This document shows positions 13,411 to 25,000 of a DNA stretch of 64,000 nucleotides, piece by piece (within the stretch, counting starts at the first letter, position 1; every line of letters starts with the position of its first letter). The stretch is from the NCBI RefSeq assembly GCF_964355755.1, contig NC_092679.1, positions 16,599,432-16,663,431 on the forward strand, read 5' to 3'. The position numbers were made by a program, and so were the translations under genes. This stretch comes from Antedon mediterranea. Taxonomy: Eukaryota > Animalia > Echinodermata. A model generated the notes under the pieces. It saw only the letters and a program-made list of their open reading frames with translations, was not told the origin of the DNA and did no database searches.

Positions 13411-15699
13411 TTAAGTTTGGGAATTTCTTGGTGTTAAAAAGGAAACCCACTATAGAAACCACATTGCAGAAATGTGATTGTGGTAAAATACTTTCTACAC
13501 CAGAGTTACGGGTTCAAGTCCCATTAGGATGTATAGACCAGTGGTATTGTCCACCAATTATACTTAAGTGAGATATTCCTTACATACTATATATACAAAC
13601 ATTTCATAAATCAACAAAATATTATTAATAATGTATTTACAAGAAAAAAATACTTGTCACGTAAAACCCATGGGCAAAACAAAATCACATACATAGTTTT
13701 TCACCCAAGTCAATAAATAAGGATTTTCCTAAAGTTGTGTTCACATTACAGTAGAATTTTTTGCTTGCCGTCTGTGTGAATAAGTGTGAACATGGCCACA
13801 GGTTTTTTGAAGAATAATTTAGCTTGCTCTGAGTCTAAAGCTCTGTCTACATTATCAAACTAGTTTGACAAAAAAGTGTGTTATGACATGTCCATATATG
13901 GGCACATCACATTTCATTGTCACATAAAGTTTTATAGTGTAGACAAGGCTTAAGACCCCCATTCATGTTTGTATTGATCTAAAAGTAATATTTTAAGTAT
14001 AATCAGTATGATGTCAAATGAAAGGATTGGTACATTTCAACTTGACTATGTGCCCATACACTGTATATTGTATAATAAAATATACTGTAGGATTTATAAC
14101 ATTACTACAAATTATCTTCAATACACACATTTATGAATTTTATACAATTTTCTGTATTACACATTTCTGATTTTATATAGTATATAATATATCTTTTAAT
14201 GCTACTGACATTTCTCTTTATATGCAGATGACGAGTGTATGTTATTTTCTGCTATTTTCTCCTCTGTCATTGTTTTTATTTATTTAAGATTATATTGTAC
14301 AGAATATACATGTTGTAATAGTCAAAAAACTTTGCAGTAGAACCCCTTCTTTGAGACACTCCTATTAAGGGAACACTTTCCTGTGAAATGAACAAGGGGA
14401 AATATATTATGTTATAACACTATAACCTATTCAGGGGACACTCCTATTAAGGGGACACGTTCTTGTGAAATGAACATGGGGAAATTTAAGTTTTAAGAGA
14501 ACACTTTGTTGAGTCCTGAAGGTGGTTTTACTGTTTACTGGTCCGACTCAAATTATAAAGTTCTCGGAATGTATTTTAGATGGTATGAAAGAATTGTAAA
14601 GGTTTCTAAGAAGATTTCCTATTTTCAGGAAGTGAGGTTTTGTTTAATCTACAGTATTACTGCTTCCACACCTATCAACCACTAGAAATTTCTAGATATG
14701 TGGAGACGAGTATGTCTGTAGGTATACATATTTGATTGTTTGGCCTTTAGATCACTGGTGCAAATCCTTGAATAAGGGAATTCCCCCAAACATGTTTTTT
14801 TAAAGATCTACCTCTCCCAATCCAAATATTTTCGGCAGCCACAGCCCCATACATGAACAAAATTATTTATGTCCTTTTAAACTTTGTTTGGCTCCTCGCG
14901 AATTCATTGGTGGGTTTCCCCTGCCCCTAGTTTTCAAAAAGTAATCTGTGTCGATGCATTGGAGAACTCTTATGAACTAAATAATAATACAATGTTGTTT
15001 TAATCTAGTATGTTGAAAATGTAGTATAATAAATTGAATTAGTTGAATTTTAATGATTTAAATTATAGATTCAGTCTTAATGGATTGAATTTAAGTGTAA
15101 TAGATTGCTTTTATGAAAGCTCATTCAGTCAAAAAAGATTGAAACCGTGTGTATTATTAAATCTATAGTTTACTTTTCTCTAGTATGTTGTGTACAGCAC
15201 TTTATAATATTTTAGTGCCATAGTTTTGCTACGGTGTTTATTGCTATCCCCCCGATTACCTTAGTTTTCAGTGCTATAGTATGCTATTCTATATCAATTG
15301 TATTTATACATCTGTCTCATTATATATTCATAAATGGTGTATTTGCCAAAGAATGTGAATAATATGTAATACACAGTGCCTAGTAACATAGTTTGTTTTT
15401 TTTTAATGAGTAAAACAAGCATGATTTGTATTCATTTGTAAGTCAGATGCCAGAGTTGTTAACCAACAGCCGTTTGAATTACCATACATTTAGATTGAAA
15501 ATATCATCATCATCACTTTAATATTCATAATCACAATTAACATACAGATGTAGCCTTGGTTATGGTTAAATAGTACCCATTTGACTCAAAAGATATATAT
15601 TGCAATACATTGATTTGAATAATTTAATAAAATTGAAATTTCCACTACAGTATAGAAGGGTAGGTAATTATGGAAAAAATCGTTTGACATAACATTTTT

Positions 15700-15790
15700 G
15701 GTTAAATTACGTCATCGACTGCCTCGTTTTCGGGATCGACTGACTTTTTTTAATCACAACACGCATCAGAGAGCAGCCATATTATACTTC
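15700..15790 (+). promoter_or_regulatory. Probable HIF-alpha proximal promoter with CRE/ATF-like TTACGTCA and YY1-like GCCATATT
   Basis: Local rise in CpG density 290-380 bp upstream of the ATG; AAATTACGTCAT at 15704-15715; GCAGCCATATT at ~15773-15783. TSS position is inferred. Confidence 0.45.
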
Positions 15791-15880
15791 TACGCCACCA
15801 GTAAACGTTAACAATAGAAATCGAACTTTAGGCAACCGATTACATCTGTTTTTATGCTGTGATTGATTGGAACTTTTTCT

Positions 15881-15914
15881 TCTACATTCCTTAGCAGTGT
15901 TCTAAGACTGTAGG
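15881..15914 (+). promoter_or_regulatory. Iron-responsive element (IRE), EPAS1/HIF-2alpha type, in the putative 5' UTR of HIF-alpha
   Basis: UCUACAUU-C-CUUAG-CAGUGU-UCUAAG-ACUGUAGG: CAGUGU loop (15895-15900), unpaired C (15889) followed by a 5-nt upper-stem strand, one extra 3' nucleotide, and lower stem CUACAUU/ACUGUAG with a single mismatch. 165 nt upstream of the ATG, sense strand. Confidence 0.85.
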
Positions 15915-16078
15915 TACATATAGTGTTATTATTGTTACTTGTGAAGTGTTTATAAGAAGATAATTCGCCCCTGTGTTCAAGGCGCACCACGTTTGTTCTC
16001 GTCACTTCTTGAAAACTCAGACAGGCGGCGAACCTTCGCCTTCGCCCGCCAAGTAATTTTTGAGATAGATCAGGAAGA

Positions 16079-19000
16079 ATGGCTAGCACTAACACACTAT
16101 GTAATGAACTATCCCGGAATATAAATACAATGCAACCTCCTGCAAAACCAAAGAGACGGTAAGCACATTGTTTTACTAGAATACATTAGGCTAGTAATAA
16201 TTTGTACACAACTATAAATTTGGTTAATAAATATGATATTAAAATTATTATTAATTAAATAAATAATACTAATAGGGTAGGCTAGCTAGGCCTAGGCCTA
16301 TGTCGATATAAATGATGATGTGTAATAAATATTGATTGTCATAAATGAACATGTTGGTCTTTTTAGTTAGTATAGCGCTAGATACTGTAAAGTAAGTTGA
16401 GTAAACTGAAGATGATTTTTATTCTACTAGCTACTACTATCTAGCCTAAAAGGGCTACAACAGGTATTTATACAATTATTAATATCATTGTATAAATATT
16501 AATTATGTAAATGGGTGTTGAACTGGCAAGATTATGGAAGGTGATGAGCTGAAAGCATGAGATAGTCAAATGGGAAAAATAAAAATTCACATGTGTAGAG
16601 AGTAAAAATCTCAATACTAAATAGGGATAACGATGTAAAATTAAAAGTTAATATTTTTCTTGAAACAAATTATACATTGCCTGTTAGTATTTTGTATCAA
16701 TATTATAATAAAGAAAGAATTATGAAAATATGACTTGTAGTTTTCGAAATATAGGGTTTAAAACATCGCCGAAAATGATCGTTTTTAGCCACGAACGATG
16801 TAAACAAATCGCGCTCTCAGGCGACAATTGTATGAACTCGTCATTTTTCGTAAAAATAATTATATAAAATCACTGGTTTTAAGTAACAGATCTTCTATAT
16901 CAACATTGTAAAATTCAATAAAATATGATATTACTTGTTTATTATATAAAAAAGAGTGTTTATTTAACCTCATTCAAAGAATTTCAATGCATTATTTTCC
17001 CGTGTAATTGGACAGGCCTGAGAGGTGCTTCATTTGTCCAATGTGTGTCATACTGTACCTTACCATAATGCAACCCCTGCATCAAATAAGTGACTTACTA
17101 CAGTAGAGGTGACCATGATGCAACGATTTTGATAAGCATGCATTTTGACAATTTTGTTTCGTGATAAAGTATGGTGGATGGTAAAGGGACATTGACACAC
17201 CATTGTTAATTGATGTGATGTACTGTACCTTTATTTTTATTTTTTTTTACTCCTCCATCAGTAATTATTTGTAAATGATGCATCCATGACGCACCTCTCC
17301 CTGCAATCGTATACTGTAGTTGGTCAAACAATTAACAAGTTTATTAGTTAGATTCACCTGGCTATGCTTACAGTACAATATTGCTCTGTGATATGAACAC
17401 ATATTTAATCCATTTTGAACCAATTTTATCCTAATTTAGAAATTCAGAAAAACGGAAAGAAAAATCTAGAAATGCAGCCCGGTGTCGACGAGGTAAAGAA
17501 ACAGAAATATATTACGAGCTTGCTCGCCAACTTCCCCTGCCGTCAAACGTTTGCCAACACCTCGACAAAGCTGGAATCATGAGACTATGTATCAGTTATA
17601 TAAGAACAAGACAGCTTATTCCAGATACCATTGGGGGTAAGTACAATGTAATGTCTACAACACTATCAAATTAGTTTGACAAAAAAAGTGTCATGTGCCC
17701 AAATATGGTAGTGATAATACATAATCATGTCTACAGTATATGGGCACATCATATCTTTTTGTCAGAGTTTTAACAACAAGTAGAAATTCTGTTAATTCTA
17801 TAGATTACTACAGTAAGTTATTTAATGGATTCAAAATGTTATTGCCCTACTTTGGTTTTTTTTGCTTTTATTTTAATATTCTGTTTTTGTTTTTCTCATG
17901 GTTACACTACTTTAAATGTCTATCCTTGTATGGTGAATTTGTTTTGCTGTTGTTCGTTTTGATTTTAAACAAAATACTGTTTGTAGGACAAATTTATTTT
18001 TGTAATATGACCATTATAAGAAAACTCTACATAGGCAAATACTGTATTAAAAAGATGTATTGTCTCCCAACAGATTACTTTAAAAAAAGACATTAAATAG
18101 GCCATTTGCAGTTTTAATATTAGTTAATCACTTTTGTAGAAAGCTGAAAATTAGCGTTTTTACTAAAAAAGATAAAAATAAAATAAATGGTAAATTCAAC
18201 CAAAAAATCAATTGAATTCCAGTCTATTTACAGTTTTTCAGGTAAATAATTTTGTTTTTGATCCAATTTTAGATGTAAGTGAACTTCAAAATGCTGTACA
18301 GTATATACAGTAGAACAAAAACAATTTCAACAAAGGTTTTCAGGGGAACAGTATATCTTTAAGTTTGGCAATCTCTCATACTCATATAAACTAGTGTGAT
18401 GACATACAGTACATCAATTATCCTAAGGGTTTGGGCAATTTTTCATAGTGAATTATTATTCTTTCTTTGAATTGGATTGTTATAAAAAAACTGAAGGATA
18501 TGAGATAATGTACAGTGAGCATATTTGCCAATTGCATCTTACTGTATGACACAATTACAACCTACCTGTATGGTTGAAGGAAAATATCTGCCAGTGGTAT
18601 ACTGATACTAATAGTCATTAATACTATTGAGAGTCAATAGATTAGGGCACGGACTTTGCAAAATGACCACCATATCCGACATTCAAAAATATTATTTACA
18701 GTAGTACTGGATATAAAAATATTATTTACTGTACCTACAGTACGGTAGACTAAAAGCTCTGTCTACACTATCAAACTTTATGTAACAACAAATTTCATGA
18801 AATGATGACGTCATATCCTTACCATATTTAAGTACCGTATATCACTACCTTATTTGGGCCGAGGAATATCACACTCTTTGTCACTTTTCTGAAAAATCCT
18901 AAAATCAATGTTTTGATGCAATATTCTTATTTATCAAGTATCATCAGTATACAGTAATTTTACTATAAACTGCATGTCAAATGTATTTCCAAAAAAGGAA

Positions 19001-22000
19001 TTTTTATTTCTTTCTATTCTTGTGAATGCTCTATTCTACAGTAATAATAATTTTATTTGACTTATCTGCAGAGCTTTGAAGTAATTGTGTAAAACACTGC
19101 CAAAATATCTTTAACTTTCATTTTAAATTTTTTTTTGGGTTGCAACAACAGTCATGTCAGTCATTTTCTCAAAGATAAGAAATCTACCATAAAAAAAAAA
19201 ATATCATCATTATTATAGACCTCCCAGTTCCAAAGCATGTGTGCATTTTTGTCAAAACGTTGTGAATGGGTGGAAAGAACTTTATAGACAGTTAAAAAGT
19301 AGGTAGTTGACCTATGACCCAATACTCTCTATCTTTACTTGATGAATCATACTGTACCATACAGTATATTGAATATTATATATTATAAATAAAGCAAGTC
19401 AGATATTGGTTAGAATTTGCTTAATGGCACTGGTATGGCATAAAACTGTAAATTTGCAATTTTATACATTTTCTCCTTTACTATCATTTGAGCAAATAAC
19501 CAATTTTAAATAACTTTTTGAACAAATTATCCCCAATTTATTAAAAGAAACAATTACAAATTTCCGATTCAATTACAATCCATTTAACCGTTATTTTCGG
19601 ACTACCTTTTTACTGGTTATTGACGTCTGTCCTGTTTTTGCTGCCAAGTAATTAAGTGTGTAAATTTATTCGCAGTCCTTTTTTTTGCAGCAGAAACCAG
19701 TCCCTTGATAAATTATATGTCAACGTCCTTAGTGGAGGAGGTAATAAAATATACTCAATATTTTAATGATGTATTGCAAATATGTTTATCTAAATATTAG
19801 AAATGTGTATGAGAAACAAGGAGAATGATTCAAAGGCTGTGCTAGACACATTAATGGATGATTTATATATCAAGTCACTGGATGGCTTTCTTTATGTCCT
19901 GTCACAAGAAGGTGATATTGTTTACCTGTCTGAAAATGTGTGCCAGTATCTTGGGTTGACGCAGGTAATATATATTTTTATTAACTTAAACCATTTATTA
20001 AATTTAAATTAAATTAAATATCATTTATTATTGTGTCAAAAAATGTTCTGGGTCGATTATAGCTTGGTATGCCATCATGGTAACTAATTTCAGCGAAATC
20101 GGCAAGTTGATCTCTGTGGGTTGCCATCATTTTTCTTGCATTTTGTATCGGGTAGCCCAACTCATTTCATGGTATTGAAACCCTCGTAAATTTTAAACAA
20201 TGTACCTGATCAAAATATTCTTAACAACATTATTCTAACGGTATGGTAATTTAGAATTGTAAATCAATAGCTCTATTTTCTACTTCCAATTATTTCCCCT
20301 TGTCATTGCAACTATGGGTACGGTAGTACTTTTAAGTTTCTTTTTTTTAGAGTATATCATTAATTTGCAGAAGTTTCCTAATATTTAGTTATGGAATTTT
20401 TCCACGTAAAAACAAAGCCAAGCGAATATTACTAGATCTGCGAAACCCTGGTTTGACAAATAAATTGAGTTGATTGGCTATTAAAGAAACTGGTCAAATC
20501 GCTAACTCATTTTAACGTTGTTGTTCCTAGTGGGAACCAAGCTTTAAAGTTAGCTCCCGTGAATTGTATACAGTAGTTGGCTTATGTGAACCAGGCCTTA
20601 ATACAAATTTAGTTGTATGTGTGGTGAACTTTACCAGACTATATTACACTACAGTATATTTTCAACATTAAAGGATGACAATGTACAGTAACCCATTCTG
20701 GATTACAGTATATAGTCTGCTAGTGTGAACCAGTCCTTAATAATAATTTAGTTGTACAGTATGTCTGGTGAACTTTACAATACCAGACTATATTATACTA
20801 TATGTCTTAACACTTTGACTGCCAGATGTTTTTCCAGTTAGAAACTGCCACCGCCAGCGTTTTTAGCCCAATTCGATGTTTTTATTAAAGCTGATTGAAA
20901 CTATGTATGTGATCTAATTTACATGTAATTTAGACTAAAATAATCATAAAGATTTTAGCTTTACAATGGTACCAAGAACGATTTTCAAATCGCAATATGT
21001 CATTCGTAATAGTAAAATGAAAGTAACCCACTTTTTGAGTTTTTCATAGTTTCGCGGAAGAAAGTCGAGATATTCGCGATTTTGTGCAAGACATTACAAT
21101 ATGAAAATATCGCCCGGTGAGATCAACAAACAACAAAAAAGTTACTTACACGGCACCGATAGGCCTATAAAAACAAGTTATCACTCTTGAAAAATGTATT
21201 ACATTTATAAATCATAAATCTTACATCAATGTTTCGCCAAAATCCACATAGTAAAGACACCAGGCCTGTTTAACTAGGCCTAAAGTTGGTCCGGAACCGT
21301 TTTACGACTAGGCCTAGTCCTACTAGCCTAGCTAGTAAACTGATGATAATATTCATACCATTTATAAACAAGTTTGTTGCGTGAAAAGTGAAAAACCAAA
21401 ACAATTAGGGTATACGTACAATAATAATATATAAATAAATATATATTGAAAATGACTCCATTATTTTTTATTCAGATAACAAACAAACATGCCAATCCAC
21501 AAAAACCTTTGTAATGCTTCGGCGGCATAGCTAGCGCGCGACCGATACACAATGCGCCAAACCATTGCTGTACGCGCTACTGTGATGCTCGGTGTATGTT
21601 ATTTCGACAGGTACCATTTTGACAATCGTTCGTAACCAGATTAGTTACTTTCAAAAAGTAAAATATTAACGGTCAAGAGCGAATATAGTGTCCATATTTA
21701 TAGTATATACCAATAATTAACCTATCTACCGGATTTCGTAAAAAAACGCGAAACACAAAGATCTTCGTGTTTGGCAGTCAAGCGTTGTGTTTCCAGATTT
21801 GTTTGGTAGTCAAGCGTTGTGTTTCCAGATTTGTTTGGCAGTCAAAGTGTTATGGACTGACAATGTAACCCGTTATGGATTATAGTCTACTTGCTAGTGT
21901 GAACCAGGCCTTAATAATAATAGTTGTACAGTATGTCTGGTGAACTTTACAATACCAGACTATATTATACTAAATATGTCCTAACATTAATGGACTGACA

Positions 22001-25000
22001 ATGTAACTTATCTTTAATGTATGGCCTTTCTGTGAACTGTTATCTGTAACTAGGGCATTATCCAAGTATCTTGCTTTCCAATCATACAACTTAAAATCTT
22101 GGCACTATAATAATGACTCACCGCATGAGATTCTTATAAAAAAAAACCACTGCAAGTAGAACTAGTGATGTCTTAATCCACTAACAAGTGAATAGACATT
22201 GTGCGGGCATGTTCTAGAAAAATAATTATTCCACGCTTATTACAAATCACAAAATATCCTTGTTGTTATTATAATATAACAATAACTTATGGTAATCAAT
22301 TATTTTATGTTCCATATTAATTGTCAATACAACAATTGGTTTAAACAAATTTGTTGCTGGTTCAAATTCCCATTGGATTATTTGTTTGATTTATTACATT
22401 GATATGATAACAATGATAACAATATTAATGTTACAGTATATAAAGGTATTCAGTTCAAAATGAAAAACAGAAAGTGTGAAAGGAGATCAAGTTGAGTAGT
22501 ACCTGTAGCTTGGTGGTTATTACATGTTTGCCTTCCAAATCCTAAAGCCCGGCGCACACTAGAGCTTTCGGCTGAGCCAACTGGCACGAGTAACACTTGG
22601 CTCACTAAAAATTTGCCGCAAACTATGTTCGCGTTCTATCGGACGCACACTAAACGCCTTCAGTACGCGATTTTCTGATTGGATAATTACTTTAACTACG
22701 CTATACAGCACGCGCTGAAATATCATAATAAATCAGAACATGTCATGCGCAGTGGAATTTTTTAGTGAGCAGGAAGCTCACGTTCGGCGCACACTTGAGG
22801 AAAATGGCACGCGTGGCAATAAATATTAAACACGATAGATATTTTCCTCAGCGGCATGCGTGGCCGATTCCTCACGAAATCCCCGGCGCACACTGTGAGG
22901 CAAGTGCTACTCGTGGCAGTTGGCTCAGCCGGAAGCTCTAGTGTGCGCCGGGCTTTAGGTCCACAAGGTTCAATCCTGATCTACCTGTACAGTGCTAGGA
23001 TTATAAAGCTCTGTCTACACTATCAAACTTTATTGGCCAAAAAAATTAGATGTGCCAAAATATGGTATGACATCATCATGTCCATATATGGGCACAAAGA
23101 TTTGATAGTGTAGACAAGGCTTACAGTACGGTAACTCACAAGTCTAACGCCCGTATTCTTAAACCGGACTTTAGTCGTAGTTCGAAGTTCGACTTGGAAA
23201 AGTCGTAGTTCGAGCTATTACTTCAAATTCGATTCAAAAACGAAGTAGTCGAAGTTTGCAGTTCGACTTAATGAAGTCGAGCTTTTAGTCGAGTTGCACA
23301 CGTCTGGGTAACAAAGGCTATACATTGGCCAATGACAAGAGAGTATTTGAGGAGCAGACGAAATTTTGCGCATTGATATCACTTTCCATTTCTTACAACA
23401 CTTTTTACGCATCAGGACTATATACATAAAAAATAATTTTAATCGTTAATTATTAGAACAATATCAGTATTAATGTAACAGTGAAGTATATTTGATTAAC
23501 AACAAATAAAATCTTAAAAATACATTTAGGAACCATGGCGGTACGATAACTTTTATATTTTCTAGGCCCCCAACAAAGTATGATCGCCACGAACCACGCA
23601 CTTCATAGCGTGACAAGAAAGCGCTAGGCCCCCTAAACATTCCATCGCGTGGTGAATTGCCGCATCTCCCATTGTCGCTATGGCGTGACGTAGCTCAAGT
23701 CGGAATTGCGCGAAGAAAATAATGTAATTTGTATACAGTTGTAAATAAAGATGATTTTCATTATTATAATTTATACCAATGTATATTTAATTAAGCTAAT
23801 ATAAATATAGATATTTCATTCTTCAATATCTGGCCAATATAACAACTCAATGACTGTTACGTTTTTTATAAACATCGTTTAAAAACCATTTAGTCGACCA
23901 TTTAGTCTACCCCCTCCAGGACTAAAAAAATCAATCAAAATCCGTCTCGATTTAGTCGAGGTTGGCCTGATTTAGTCGGTGATTTAGTTGAAGTTCGGTT
24001 TATGAATTAAAATGACGTCATTTTTTTAGTTTTAGCTCGAACTACGACTAAAGTCCGGTTTAAGAATACGGGCGTAAGCCTCAAATGACATTTTTTAGAT
24101 GATTATAGAACATTACTATAGTTAATAGTTTAACTGGTCCATATCTACTACAAGCTTTGCTTTCTTGGTACTACTGTAGTTATCTATCTTTACCATGGAT
24201 TTTATAAAATTAGAAATAAAGATACACAAACTACAGAGTCAAGATTATTGAATGATTGTCTGTTTCAAGATTATCCAGTCAGGCTGAGGTTCTATAATAA
24301 AACAGACCTTGTTATTTTCAGATAATGTGTCCGGTTTATTTCAAATTTGAATGATTTATATCTTTACATGAAATAAACAAAATTTGAGTTATAACTTGAA
24401 AATTAAAATGGTTTTGCACATACCAAAGATAAACAACAGACTACCATTATACTATACAAATGATGAATGAATGACTTTTAAACAGAAAATATTCTCTCTT
24501 AATTCTATAATATAATATAAAACATTCATACTTGTTTTATAACGGTGCCAACACACGACGTACGGTTCTGTACCTAACTACAGTACTGTTCTAAAATTAA
24601 ATCAATTCTATTTTGATTTGAATGTTGAATGATAGGATCATAGAAATATGGCGCTCGGAATTTCATCATGGAGTACTTTAGACCTGTTCGAGCAAGGCAT
24701 ACTCTAAAGGCCTGTCTACACTATCAAACTAGGTGCAATGTGCCTAAATATGGTAGTGATATATTCCCAAATATGGTAGTGAAACACCCTTATGTCCATA
24801 TATGGGCATATCACATTTTTTTTGTCACATAAAGTTTGATAGTGTAGACAATGTATAATGTAATAATATGGATCTACAGTAAATACAGACAGGTGATACA
24901 AAATCAACCAATCAAATAATGCAAGGAGGATGCACTTGGGTGTGTGCTATCTAGATGAGACATTTGTTGATTTCTATCAAAGAAAACTTTAGTATTTGAA

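Noticed and set aside
15808-16095. 95 aa antisense ORF over the HIF-alpha leader
   Set aside because: Non-ATG start, no recognisable domain; likely a by-product of higher GC content.
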